This document shows, in pieces, positions 48,871-59,899 of a stretch of DNA of 64,000 bases. Positions within the stretch are counted from its first letter, which is position 1; each line of letters begins with the position of its first letter. Source of the DNA: an uncultured Planctomycetota bacterium. GTDB lineage: Bacteria; Planctomycetota; PLA2; JAEUHO01. The notes beneath the pieces were generated by a model that saw only the letters and a list, made by a program, of their open reading frames with translations, ran no database searches and was not told the origin of the DNA. A program made the translations under genes and the position numbers. The stretch lies in NCBI GenBank assembly GCA_963752285.1, contig CAVVXN010000005.1, forward strand, positions 864,001 through 928,000, given 5' to 3'.

Positions 48871-50502
48871 ATGCATATGCGCTGGCATTGGACCCTGCTT
48901 GTCGTTGTGGTCGCGATGGTTGGCGTCGGCCTCTGGCTCCTTCTCAGCGCGCCCCACCACGGGGCTACCGACCGCGACTCATCCCGCGACCGTTGGCCGC
49001 AGCGTCCGCCGTCCCTGGGCTCTCCAGGCCTCCTCCCCCACCGAGCCCCGACCCCTGCCAGGGCCCCCGGCGAAGGGGACGAATCGGCGACCCCCGCGGC
49101 CCAGCCCGATGTGAGAACAGGCTCGGCTCGCACGATCTCATTCCGCGTGATCGACGCGGGAAGTGGTAGCGTGGTCAAGTCCGCGCATGTCGACCTTGCG
49201 GGGGTTTGGCCGACTCCATGGAGACTGGTCAGTCCGTCAGTCGAGCATGCAGTCACATACGTGGTACCGATGGAGGTTACGCTCAAGTCGGACGCGTACG
49301 TGTCGTGGTTCGCGCCGGGTTACCTTGGTGGGCGACGTGCGCTCGCCGAGCTGCTTGCTGAGACATCCTCCCCGACGATCGTGAGTCTCCCGGCAACGGC
49401 TGCCGATAGGGACGTGATCCGCATCCGGTTCGTAGCGTCGGACTCCAAGGCACCGCTGGATGCAGTTGGGCTCTACTCGCTCTCGGCCTTTCGCGCGCAC
49501 ACGCCTCTCGCGCTCTCCGCCCGGGATGGTGTACTTGAGGCCCCACTCTCCCAGCTTGGAGGCAGCGGTCGCAGGTACGCTTTCCTCGACGGCTACCTCC
49601 CGCGTGAAGTCTCCATCGGTCCTCATGCACAGGACTTGGGGACGCAGTTGCTTCTAAAGGACACCCTCCTGGGGAGCCTCTCCATAGAGCTCGTTCCGAA
49701 TCCTCGCTTCGGAAACAAATGGGGAGGTCGCATCGTGGTGCGGTATGTCGCCCCCGAGCAGAACGTGGACGCTGCATCCCACAAACAGAGTATGGATCTG
49801 ACGACCGCAGAGAAGCTTGCAGCGGCGATATATTCCAACGCTGGGCCGGAGTGGCGAACGACGGCGTGTTCGTGGAGTCGAACGATGCTCCTCCCCGGTC
49901 ATTACTACATCATGGCCAGCCACCCGTCACTCGGCTGGGCGGGGGCCGACCTTGAACTCCTGGGAACAAACGAAACGTTGGCGCTTCAATTGAAGCCTGG
50001 ATCAACGGTTCGCTTTGATAGACCCATGCAAGACGGAGAGTACTGCCAACTCCAACCCTTGGACCCCGGCAGACTTGACTACGCCTGTCGGCATGGAGAC
50101 CGAATCGAGAACGTACCACCCGGCAGGTATGATGTGACTGTTACTTCTACGAGGGGCAGTCTGGCACGTGGCGAAGCCATTGACGTTCGCGAGGGCGAGT
50201 TGCTCGTCGACGCCCGGGTGCCATACGAGACGGGCCAATGCAGTATCACGGGTCGGATCATGCTCCGCTCGAGCCGTGGAGACACACCACTCTCTGGAGC
50301 GAACGTGCAGGTTGTTGGAGCGACTTCGTGGACTTCGACGGACGCGGGGGGCCGGTTTGAAATTCCTGATCTTGCGCCGGGTGATTATGTTCTGCGTATC
50401 AAAGGATACACGCCACTCAGTATCTCTGGCTGGCGTGTGTCCATCCCCGCCCCCATGACGGCGGCGGAGCGGCAAGATGCCGGAGACTTGGTAGTCAGGT
50501 AA
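48871..50502 (+). CDS. N-terminally anchored carboxypeptidase-regulatory-like repeat protein
   Basis: GGAG RBS; TM LLVVVVAMVGVGLWLLL; C-terminal ITGRI...PLSGANV...TDAGGRFEIPDLAPGDY. Confidence 0.82.
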   Translation: MHMRWHWTLLVVVVAMVGVGLWLLLSAPHHGATDRDSSRDRWPQRPPSLGSPGLLPHRAPTPARAPGEGDESATPAAQPDVRTGSARTISFRVIDAGSGSVVKSAHVDLAGVWPTPWRLVSPSVEHAVTYVVPMEVTLKSDAYVSWFAPGYLGGRRALAELLAETSSPTIVSLPATAADRDVIRIRFVASDSKAPLDAVGLYSLSAFRAHTPLALSARDGVLEAPLSQLGGSGRRYAFLDGYLPREVSIGPHAQDLGTQLLLKDTLLGSLSIELVPNPRFGNKWGGRIVVRYVAPEQNVDAASHKQSMDLTTAEKLAAAIYSNAGPEWRTTACSWSRTMLLPGHYYIMASHPSLGWAGADLELLGTNETLALQLKPGSTVRFDRPMQDGEYCQLQPLDPGRLDYACRHGDRIENVPPGRYDVTVTSTRGSLARGEAIDVREGELLVDARVPYETGQCSITGRIMLRSSRGDTPLSGANVQVVGATSWTSTDAGGRFEIPDLAPGDYVLRIKGYTPLSISGWRVSIPAPMTAAERQDAGDLVVR

Positions 50503-50638
50503 GCCGCCACGTCTGCCGGGAGTGCCCTGACTTTCGTGAAGGATCGGTCGCTGGTGGTCCTGACTGTTCTGGCGGCTGTGGACCCTGCTGGTGATCAACA
50601 CGCTCCTCCGCTTGTAGCGCTGGACGACGGAGGTGACC

Positions 50639-50773
50639 TGGGATAGCCCCGGTTTGGTGGAGGTTCGAGCGCTGGGGTAGGAGATACCCCCGATGCCCAA
50701 GACCCGTCCCCTCTACCCCCCTGAGTTTCGCCGCCGGCTCCTGGACCTCGTCCGGGCCGGTCGCACTGCCGAG
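50639..50773 (+). pseudogene. IS3-family left end and orfA N-terminal remnant
   Basis: TGGGATAGCCCCGGTTTGGTGGAGG end-like sequence; MPKTRPLYPPEFRRRLLDLVRAGRTAE. Confidence 0.7.
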
Positions 50774-51088
50774 CGATCACCTCGCACTCGAGCGTCGAGA
50801 AGAACCAGAACCCTTCCTGGGGCTGTGACAGTCGATCCGAGTGGTTCCGATAGCGCAGTCGCGCGGGCCGGCGAGACGACTGGATGTCACACCTGGCACC
50901 GTGGCAACCCAGTATCCTCCCCTCCCGTCTACGCGCTGCGTTTGGTCGGCTTTCCCCTTCGTCCCGTCAGCGGATTCAACTACCGTGACCTTGAGCGGCG
51001 AGTGGTCCGCGGGCACCGGATACCGGGTAAGAGGAGGAGATCCCCGGCGCTGCATCGAAGCTCTTCAGTCTCATGAAAGGAGCCTCAG

Positions 51089-51625
51089 ATGGAGTCGAAC
51101 GCCCGTAGGCGTCTCATCCTAGGGCTCGCGCTCGGAATCGCGGGCCTGGTCTTTGTCGGGTCTGGAACCGTCTTGGCGGCGGGTGGGCCTGGGGACCAGT
51201 GCTCAGGCGAGTGCGTCATGAAGTGGGTGCCCGACGAGAACAATCCCGACGGCGGAACATGGCAGTTCAAGGACTTCTACTTCCTTGGGACGTGCAACCC
51301 CGGCACCTGTATGAAACACATGTTGGTTTCGCCACCCGCTCCCGCTCACAAGAAGCAGTGCTCCTGCAATGTGGGGGGGCCGAACTGGGACTGGACGACG
51401 GTCGGCGGTATCTTCCACGAGATGCCGGGGAACTACCCCGCGTATGCGTCGACCTACTGCGACGTCGAGGCGACCACCGATGACTATGGGAACCTCGTCA
51501 GTGCCACGTGCATCGGTGAGTGCGAATCGGAAGGCCCGAATTGCACCTCCTTCATTTTCTGGGACAACGTAGACACGAAGACCGGCGAGCGCACCCGCGG
51601 GTACCAGTGCAACTGCATCCACTAG
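51089..51625 (+). CDS. Small secreted Cys-rich protein (178 aa, 12 Cys, 5 Trp)
   Basis: AAAGGAG RBS; ARRRLILGLALG...VLAA signal; CSGEC, CNPGTC, QCSC, YC, CIGEC, NC, terminal QCNCIH. Confidence 0.87.
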   Translation: MESNARRRLILGLALGIAGLVFVGSGTVLAAGGPGDQCSGECVMKWVPDENNPDGGTWQFKDFYFLGTCNPGTCMKHMLVSPPAPAHKKQCSCNVGGPNWDWTTVGGIFHEMPGNYPAYASTYCDVEATTDDYGNLVSATCIGECESEGPNCTSFIFWDNVDTKTGERTRGYQCNCIH

Positions 51626-51640
51626 ACACGGCGAGACCCC

Positions 51641-53401
51641 ATGACGATCAGAACCCGACACCAGAGAGCGCTGCGCCTCGCGGCGCTCTCTCTTGCTATC
51701 CTAGTTGGCGCGCTGCTCGCCTACCTAGAGTGGGCTGGCGCGAGTCTGCCCACGGCGTCACAGATTCGCAGACTTGAGCCCTCGCGGCCTGGGGCCTCTC
51801 GCGAAGTCTCCCTTGCTGGCAAGGGACAGCCAACCTCCTCCAATCATCAGCTGGTTAACGGTGTGCGGGAGAGCGTACAGCCGCCCGCCGCCAGTACGGT
51901 GTCCGTTCTGGTGTGCGAACACACCGCTCAGGCGGCTCCGGTGGCGGGGGCTCATGTCACCCTCCTCGTAGGTGTGCGCTCCGTGCGGCAGCCCGGTGTC
52001 TGGATACGGCCAATCACGACTCTCGACATCGGCAACACCGACTCGCGCGGCCGTATCTCCGGGCCGCTACTACGGATGGACGGAGCCGGAGACCTCGCGG
52101 TGGAGGTGTCCGCTCCGGGATACGCGCTCGCTGAACACCTGCTGGGCGCGAAGGATCTCTCATCTGAGGTTCGGGTGCAGCTAGACCCGGCATTCAGGCT
52201 GGCAGGCAAGGTCCAGCTTCCCTCTGGGAGCCCAGTCTCTGGAGCCCGAGTGTCCGCCCGGGCCGAAGGGTATCCCGTTCTTTCGCACGCAGGCGAGACT
52301 GTCTCCACTCCTATGCAGCAGTTCGCGACTACGGACGCCAACGGCATTTTCGCGTTTGAAGGGCTTACTGCCCGTACGCATGACGTGCGCGTTCTGGACC
52401 CAGCATACGTGACGTACAAGCCTCCCGCACAACCAGGAGAGCCGATTGAGGAGGTACCCACGGTCTTCTCGCCTGGTGCGTCCGACGTAGTGCTAACGGT
52501 GGAGAGGCTCCTCTTCTACCGTGTCCGATTCGTCGACTCACGAACCGGAACTGGCATACCTTGTGCGCAGGAGCTGTTCGTGAGCAGCGTCACTCCGACT
52601 GGGCTAGAGTTCCGCAATGTAGAGCAACTAGAGGTCGATGGGAGAGGACTGCAGCTCGGGCGGCAATCCACCGACCCGTCATTCGTTCTCGGCTGCGTCG
52701 CAACTGAGGGGGAAGCCCAGACTCCTGTCGGCGCGGACCTCAATTTCACAGTCCCTGGATACACATACGCCCATACGAACGCACGGCTATTCACGGCTGC
52801 CAACTTGGGTAGCAACGTCGATATCGTCGAACTTGAACCGCTGGATCCAGCTGGCACGTACGGCAGCGTAGACGTGTCAGCCGAACTGCCCGAGGGTCTC
52901 GCGTTGCCTGACTACTGCCCCATGCTTGCCGTATACCTGAAGAGCGGGCTGTTCATTACCGTGGGTGGAACCCTCGGAGAGGACAAGCTGTTTCACTTCC
53001 ATGGCGTTCCTACGTCGGCGCACGAGGTCGCTCTGGCCCCATATTTCAGTATGCGTAGTGGGGTATCAGTCGCTGCGAGCAGTACGGAGAGAGTCACATT
53101 CAATTACGCCACCATCTCAGGATTCTCGCTTCGTGTCGAGGGTCCCGGGGACACCCGGCTCTTCGGTGCAGAGGCTTGGGTGAAGGATGCGAAGACAGGC
53201 TACGAGTTTCGGGTCCCATCATGGGTCAACAGGCTGTGGCCCCGGCCTGGAGGTTCCCTGGGTTCATGCGCCTATTCTCTGAAGCCAGGAGACTATCATG
53301 TCAAGGTCCTGGTGCCAGGCTTGAAGGTGGGGCATGCTGACTTCTCTGTCGTTGAGGGGACGGTGCGGAAGGTGTCCGTACAGCTCGCCGCTGCGGAGTG
53401 A
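51641..53401 (+). CDS. N-terminally anchored carboxypeptidase-regulatory-like repeat protein
   Basis: TM LAALSLAILVGALLAYL; PVAGAHV...TDSRG, LAGKVQLPSGSPVSGARV...TDANGIF, LKPGDY; starts 15 nt after the Cys-rich gene. Confidence 0.85.
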   Translation: MTIRTRHQRALRLAALSLAILVGALLAYLEWAGASLPTASQIRRLEPSRPGASREVSLAGKGQPTSSNHQLVNGVRESVQPPAASTVSVLVCEHTAQAAPVAGAHVTLLVGVRSVRQPGVWIRPITTLDIGNTDSRGRISGPLLRMDGAGDLAVEVSAPGYALAEHLLGAKDLSSEVRVQLDPAFRLAGKVQLPSGSPVSGARVSARAEGYPVLSHAGETVSTPMQQFATTDANGIFAFEGLTARTHDVRVLDPAYVTYKPPAQPGEPIEEVPTVFSPGASDVVLTVERLLFYRVRFVDSRTGTGIPCAQELFVSSVTPTGLEFRNVEQLEVDGRGLQLGRQSTDPSFVLGCVATEGEAQTPVGADLNFTVPGYTYAHTNARLFTAANLGSNVDIVELEPLDPAGTYGSVDVSAELPEGLALPDYCPMLAVYLKSGLFITVGGTLGEDKLFHFHGVPTSAHEVALAPYFSMRSGVSVAASSTERVTFNYATISGFSLRVEGPGDTRLFGAEAWVKDAKTGYEFRVPSWVNRLWPRPGGSLGSCAYSLKPGDYHVKVLVPGLKVGHADFSVVEGTVRKVSVQLAAAE

Positions 53402-53630
53402 CTTCCGTGAGCATCGCATTTGCTTCCCTCGCTGCGGCTGCCAGGTACTCCTCTCATCCTCGTTGCACACGGCCATCCCGGAAGCCCCCATGCGGAAGAC
53501 TCCGGGGGGTCCGGGGGCGCAGGCCCCCCGCCTGGGACCCACACGATTTCCCGATGACCCAGGAAAACGCCCTAGCTCTCGCACTCTCATTGGCAGAATC
53601 CAAGTCCGGGTTCCATCACGGCCCCCCAAG

Positions 53631-55463
53631 TCATCGCGCCTCCAGAAGTTGAAAGTCCAGGACTTTCAGGCCCGCGTCAGCCGAGAGCGTTACATCCTTC
53701 CAGGCCCTCTGATAGCCGTCTTTCACGATGTAGACCCCGTACTGCCCCGGGGGGACGAAGAGGTCGCCAAGGTACGGTCCGGTTGGGGTCAGTCGCCTGC
53801 CATCCTGATACTGCGGAAGCAACAGCCACTCTACTCGCGAGAGCATGAGCAGCGGCCTCAGCGGACTACCTGTAGGCCGTCCGTCGGCCGCCGGCAGATA
53901 GTAGACATTCGCTCTGTACTCGAACACAGGCTGCGACTCAGCATCCGTCACTGAGATCCGTAGCCGGGGCAACTGCGGCGATATCGTCAATGTCGCCGCG
54001 CCGCCCGGAGCGATGTGCACCGCGCCGAGACGTAGGGGCGGCAACCAGTACCCAATGGCCAGTGAGGCGGCCGCCTGGTAGTCACCCGCTGGAATGGAAA
54101 TCGTACCTCTTCCGACCTGTGGATTGTCCGGGTCGGGCTCCAGATGAATCGCAGTGGGGCTAGCGCTCTCGGTCGCGCTGTCACCTGGCCTCCCCTCCAG
54201 AATAAGCGAGACTTCGCGTGGAGGCACCGCCATACCAGGCACCGATACCTTCACATCCAGCCCCCCCCACTCGGCATCCACGTTCGATCGAGTTAGTTCG
54301 AGGACCAAAGGTGGGGTCGCTCGTGAATCGATGGGGCCTCCCGCCGGGACGAGAGTCTCCACCTTCGCCTCTGCTCGCCGGTAACCCATAGCTCTCGCGA
54401 TGACGGTCGGCATCTTGCTTAGGTCTGACTCCGGACCCGCGATGGTAAAATACTGACGGTAGATACCACCCGATCTCCAGCCCGATCCCGCGCGCTCATC
54501 ACCACCCTCTGACGCCCCTGGCTGTAGCAATGGACCGTCTGCCGTGTCAGACTGCTCCGGCCAGCATCTGAAATCCCAGCGCACGAACTCTACCGGTTTC
54601 CCCGTCTCGGCGTCCTTTGCCGTGAAATCCCGATACGCAAGTCGAGAGACCCGAATTTCGATGTACTCACCGCTGTTGTGTACGATCGGGCGCTCGCCAC
54701 CATACCCATGAATGGCAAACGGATGGCTGGCGTAGACTTCGACTGGAAACTCCGGGACTCCTCGGATCTCGAACGTCCCATCCTCTGCGGATATCCCCTC
54801 CTGCCTGGCCCCCACCAAGACCCTGCCAGGAAGAAGGCTGGGAGGCTCCGCGAGGAGTTCGTCACCCCTCCCGGAGAGGGCGCTAACGACGGCACCCGGG
54901 ACTGGGTCGCCGAGTTGGTCCAGGACCACGCCCCGGAACCACCCTCCTTGGCGAAGCAGGAGCCTGACTGGGCTGCCATCGTTCTGCTTCAGCTGCTCAA
55001 CGAGGGCGCCGCGATCCATCTCCAAGGGGATGTAATTCGCGGCAGTGGCAAGGAGGATGGTGCGTTCTGACTCTGGCTGATCTAGACTTCCCTCCCCCTC
55101 CTCATTTGTTGTCACAACTGCGCTGGTATTTCCGTCAGTCAGCCTTTCCCCGGGTGCTACGAAGTAGAGGCGGGCACCCTTCAAGGCGGCTCCCGCGTTG
55201 TCGGCAACGAGAACCGGGATCGGCCAGGGCGCCGCCTCAGCGTCCGGCTGCGTGGCTGCACCCGAACCGTGCAGCACAACTTGACGATCCGCCTGACCTG
55301 CCCCCAGCGCCCTCGGGCCGCTGTTGGCCAATTGACCTCCGCTGTTCGTGCCCCGCGCAAACCAGAGCACGAGTCCCAAGGCTGCCAGGACTCCGAAGAG
55401 CAGACCAAGAGTCAGCGGAACTCGACGGGCCCAAACGCGGGAAGTCGGATGCTTCTCAGACAA
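53631..55463 (-). CDS. N-terminally anchored carboxypeptidase-regulatory-like repeat protein
   Basis: GGAGG RBS before TTG; TM LTLGLLFGVLAALGLVLWF; FRGVVLDQLGDPVPGAVV...SAEDGTFEI, VPPGQY...KDGY. Confidence 0.82.
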   Translation of the reverse strand: MSEKHPTSRVWARRVPLTLGLLFGVLAALGLVLWFARGTNSGGQLANSGPRALGAGQADRQVVLHGSGAATQPDAEAAPWPIPVLVADNAGAALKGARLYFVAPGERLTDGNTSAVVTTNEEGEGSLDQPESERTILLATAANYIPLEMDRGALVEQLKQNDGSPVRLLLRQGGWFRGVVLDQLGDPVPGAVVSALSGRGDELLAEPPSLLPGRVLVGARQEGISAEDGTFEIRGVPEFPVEVYASHPFAIHGYGGERPIVHNSGEYIEIRVSRLAYRDFTAKDAETGKPVEFVRWDFRCWPEQSDTADGPLLQPGASEGGDERAGSGWRSGGIYRQYFTIAGPESDLSKMPTVIARAMGYRRAEAKVETLVPAGGPIDSRATPPLVLELTRSNVDAEWGGLDVKVSVPGMAVPPREVSLILEGRPGDSATESASPTAIHLEPDPDNPQVGRGTISIPAGDYQAAASLAIGYWLPPLRLGAVHIAPGGAATLTISPQLPRLRISVTDAESQPVFEYRANVYYLPAADGRPTGSPLRPLLMLSRVEWLLLPQYQDGRRLTPTGPYLGDLFVPPGQYGVYIVKDGYQRAWKDVTLSADAGLKVLDFQLLEAR

Positions 55464-55707
55464 CTGGTTACCTCCCCGCGGCCCGACCTGGAGCAGAGGA
55501 TGGTCCCCAGATCAGGCGCAGCATAGTCTCTCGTAATACGGGTTCTCGCGCCACAATACAGCTCAACGTCCCGGGCAGCCTCCGCCGGCACCCCCGATGA
55601 CAGAGCATAGCAGCGAAGCACCGAGAGCGACACTGGCCCGCCGCGACGGGTCTAGGTCGACAGAGGCGCGCACGCGCGAACCGGCCCTAGCGGCCACCGC
55701 CTTCCCC

Positions 55708-55782
55708 CCGGCGCGGTCGCGCGGCTCTCCCCCAACGAAGCACCCCTCCTCCGTCTCGTCAGCGCAGTGCTCTTGGGGACCC
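55708..55782 (+). repeat. 75-bp degenerate IS256 3' fragment, direct repeat of 57511-57585
   Basis: Hand alignment gives about 6 mismatches in 75 bp; both encode ...NEAPLLRLVSAVLLGT. Confidence 0.8.
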
Positions 55783-55909
55783 ACCGCCCGCGGGCCGCGC
55801 ACTGAGCACGGACACCCCATGCTGTGGTTGGGAGACGTCCAGATTTACGAGCCTCCGTTGACCGACACGGGTGCCGGCGATCCTCCGGGGGGTACCCGGA
55901 GGGCTCGTC

Positions 55910-56095
55910 ATGGCCCGCCTGAGCAAGGAGGACGTCGTGACGATCGAAGCGTTGAGGAAGCGAGGGCAGTCGGCCCCGGCCGTCGCCCGGGTGCTGGGCG
56001 TGACGGAGGGCACGGTTCGCTACCACGACCGCCGAGCCGCCGCCGGGGCGGCGGACGGTCGCTCGCGGCAGGTCCATGTAGCCGCCGCGTTCGTG
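55910..56095 (+). pseudogene. IS21-family istA N-terminal HTH remnant
   Basis: MARLSKEDVVTIEALRKRGQSAPAVARVLGVTEGTVRYH..RAAAGAADGRSRQ. Confidence 0.65.
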
Positions 56096-56202
56096 CGGGA
56101 GGCCCGCTCTAGAACCACGGAGACCACCTCCGGAGGGAGGAGTCTCCAGGGATGCGGCCGAGCGCAGCGGAGTCTGGTAGCACCACGCGCTTCATGCTCT
56201 CT

Positions 56203-56875
56203 CTACTCCTTCTTCTTGCTGCCAGGTACCCGGAGCGCTGCGGCCACCTCGCTGTACTTTGCGTAGCGGTCCAGCAGCGCTTCGTACTTCCGAAATGTGG
56301 GCCCCGCGAAGGTCTCCGAGAGTTTCGAGCGCTGCTCGCTCTTGAGGCGCGCAAACTCCAGCGCCCACTCTTTCCCCGCGGCGTTCAGAGCCTCCTGCCG
56401 CTCCTCCGCATCGGCGATGGGTGTGGCCCGCTCGATCTTCGCGAGCCAGTCCTGGTGCGCCAAGAACTTCCTGTACGCCCAGTCCTCGTAGAAGCGGTGA
56501 AGCTCCTCGCGCGCATCATCACCGAGATCCGATCCAAGCAGCCTCTCCAGTGCGCGAAGGCGCTCATCAACCTGAAGTTGGACGTACTCCTGATACCCAT
56601 GGCTCGTTAACTGTTGAACCTGCTCTGGAGTTGGGAGGATCGCCTCAGCGAAGGCAGCGAACGGCTCGTCCTCTTTGCTCTGGACGACGACTGGGTGCGT
56701 GCCGCTCGGTGGCGCAGATCCTCCAGCGGCGGCGGACGCCTCTGTGACGGCGGGGACCGCTCGCCCGGACTCGACGCTCTCCGCGGCGTTGTCGCTCTTC
56801 GCACCGAACGCGCCCCGCAATTCCGGAGCGCCGATGTGCCCCACGATTGTGCGCTTTGGTATGGACTTCCACCCG
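56203..56875 (-). pseudogene. 5'-truncated helical cargo protein (N-terminus replaced by IS sequence)
   Basis: Linker with APELRG, then charged helical domain (VDERLRALERLLG...EFARLKSEQRSKLSETF); no start codon or TM before the IS21 fragment. Confidence 0.6.
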
Positions 56876-57675
<800 letters not shown>

Positions 57676-58029
57676 CTGCGGCTGCTCCCGCGGCGAGCGC
57701 GACAACCAGACCCTGGAGCACCATGCTATGGTATCGATTGAGGGCGACAGCTCTCCCGAGGCAACCACACAGCGACCGCCCATAGTCAGGGTTCATGAGA
57801 GCAAGCGCTGCAGTCATACAGCCCGCACCAAGGAATCCCCACTTGACAACGTACAGCGCGCGCAAACAGACAACCCGAGAAGTGAATGTCATGGCCACAA
57901 CCACCGCCTCGAAACCGGCTATTAGCAACCACGGATCGGTCGGAGACTTCGCCGCGAACACCTTCAGAACAAACGCAGCCGTCAGAACAGCGCTCAGCCC
58001 CCAGAGCGACGCGATGCTCATTTCCCAGG

Positions 58030-59793
58030 TTATTCCTTTCTCTGGAGACTGACATCAACGTCCACTATATCGCCTGGTGGGATCGTGAAGTCGACGTTGC
58101 CCGGCTCATATCCTGCATGAACCACGGAAACCCGGTAGGCGCCGCCCGCAGGGACTGCGTGTATGATCTCCTCCCGCCCGACAACATCCTCCAACTCGGA
58201 ATAGGGAACGGAGACCCTGCTGTTCCTGTCCACTTCCTCACCGCCAACACTCGTCAACTTCGTGTAGACTACAGATTCAGGCTGGATGTCACGAAATCCC
58301 CAGTCGGTCGCGATGTGCAGGCGGAAGCCCGTCACAGGTGGGAACCGCACAAGGACGCTTTCCGGTTGCTGGCTCTGAAGATCGACGGGAAACTCGTCGG
58401 ACGATCCCCAAGTTCCAGCATGCACCCTACCGGTGAGCAACCCTCGGGGCAACGGGCCATAGTGCCAGTGACCGTCTGTCTGGACACCCCAAGCCAGTAG
58501 GTCGTCGCGCCGTCCAGCGCTGTCATGCAGTACCAAGTAGCGGGCGCAACTCCTAGCGGGGGGTATGTCGCGCGAGGCCCACAGTTCAGTAACACTCAGG
58601 CCGGAACACCAGTCGTCCGGGCGGTGCAGGGTGAGCGGCACCTCGTCAGCGGTTGGATCGCGGACGTACTCGTCAGGCTTCCTGAGACGAAGTGTCGCTA
58701 TGACGGGCAGGTAGACCTCATCCGTGCTTGTCCAATGAATGAGAGCCTGCATGTGCGTGGGCGGCGCGGCGTCGTCGAAAAGGATGGCTTGGAGGATGGA
58801 AGGTACGCCCGGCCTGTAATAGGCGTTCAACATGCCAGTACTGCTGAAGATCACACGTCCGGTCAACAGGTCCGAGCGCGTCGACATGCCAGGTTCAGTG
58901 CCCCAAAACTCAATCCCAATCCCGTTGAGGGTTACAGGAAGCCGCGAGCGCGCGTCTACAGGCTCGAAACAGACGAGCCGCACGGGCTGGGCCACAACAT
59001 CGACCTCGTCCGCATTCTCTCCACGTGATTGCGCCCGAAGCGTGCTCCACCCGTCCGCATCTACTCGGATAAGGTACGGACCGGGCCCGACCCCCTCCGC
59101 TGTAAAGTCCCCCCGTTTGTCGGTGAGCGCCTTGGACCACCAGCCGTTCCCGAGCGGTAGAAGGCCGACGTCCGGCGCGTCGCGCCGTTGTGCGCGCGCG
59201 ATGACGACCACGTGAATGTCCGGGACCGGACCCCCCGAGGGAAGCCGAACCGTTCCGCGCACTTGCCTCCCGCGGCGCAGTTTGATAACGACAGGACCTA
59301 CGGGTACTGCGTTTGTGGTCGCGACGTGGACTTCGCCCATGAGGTAGCCGCTGGCGGCCGCGAGGACGCGAACCGGTCTGTCTTGCGGAGCACCGACCGT
59401 AGCGGAGCCGTGCGGGTCCGTGACTGCGCGCTGGATCACATCACGGTCCGTCATTCCCTGCCTTGGGGGGCTTGCCTCGAGCGCGACCTCTACGCTCGCG
59501 CCGGCTAGGGGGAGAGAGTGGGTGTCCTCGACACGCACGGTCAACAAGAGCATCCCTTGGACCCTTGGTTCGGAGGCGGGCGTCGACGCTCTCGGTTCTG
59601 GTACCCCGCCGGTACCATACAGGCGCGGCGGGGTACCGGGAATTACAGTAGGGCTCACACGCTGCACGGCGATGGGGCCGAATGTCCTGCGCGAGAGTGG
59701 CTTTTCAGAGAACGCCAGGTAGGCGCCCAAGGCGCCCAGAGCAGCGACGAGCGCAGCGACCCACACCCTCCTCTTGTTAGCTCCTCTGGCCAT
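58030..59793 (-). CDS. N-terminally anchored carboxypeptidase-regulatory-like repeat protein
   Basis: GGAGG RBS; TM VWVAALVAALGALGAYLAF; PLAGASV...TDPHG, VRGTVRLPSGGPV...TDKRGDF...GPGPY, GGAYRVSVVHAGY. Confidence 0.85.
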   Translation of the reverse strand: MARGANKRRVWVAALVAALGALGAYLAFSEKPLSRRTFGPIAVQRVSPTVIPGTPPRLYGTGGVPEPRASTPASEPRVQGMLLLTVRVEDTHSLPLAGASVEVALEASPPRQGMTDRDVIQRAVTDPHGSATVGAPQDRPVRVLAAASGYLMGEVHVATTNAVPVGPVVIKLRRGRQVRGTVRLPSGGPVPDIHVVVIARAQRRDAPDVGLLPLGNGWWSKALTDKRGDFTAEGVGPGPYLIRVDADGWSTLRAQSRGENADEVDVVAQPVRLVCFEPVDARSRLPVTLNGIGIEFWGTEPGMSTRSDLLTGRVIFSSTGMLNAYYRPGVPSILQAILFDDAAPPTHMQALIHWTSTDEVYLPVIATLRLRKPDEYVRDPTADEVPLTLHRPDDWCSGLSVTELWASRDIPPARSCARYLVLHDSAGRRDDLLAWGVQTDGHWHYGPLPRGLLTGRVHAGTWGSSDEFPVDLQSQQPESVLVRFPPVTGFRLHIATDWGFRDIQPESVVYTKLTSVGGEEVDRNSRVSVPYSELEDVVGREEIIHAVPAGGAYRVSVVHAGYEPGNVDFTIPPGDIVDVDVSLQRKE

Positions 59794-59899
59794 TCATCCT
59801 CCGCGCACGAAGGGTGCAGTCGGCGTGCAGAAGCTGACTGAACCGAAAACCTGCCCCAACGACCGAGTGCAGGGCCACAACGCTACGGACAGTCGCAGT

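Noticed and set aside
50777..51122. Short ORFs between the IS3 remnant and the 12-Cys gene
   Set aside because: No RBS, signal or motif in any frame.
51089..51625. Methylamine dehydrogenase light chain (MauA), suggested by 12 Cys, Trp residues, an RR signal and nearby MauE genes
   Set aside because: Lacks the MauA motifs (CxYWRxCxxDG, YxDCCG, IIWC), and no mauB, mauD or mauG is visible.
53490..53540. GGGGGGTCCGGGGGCGCAGGCCCCCCG hairpin between convergent genes as a terminator
   Set aside because: No U-tract; looks like a generic GC-rich palindrome, with a single copy in the window.
55563..55700. Possible C-terminal remnant of a third MauE (...VALGASLLCSVIGGAGGGCPGR*)
   Set aside because: No CGC motif, and too short to support.
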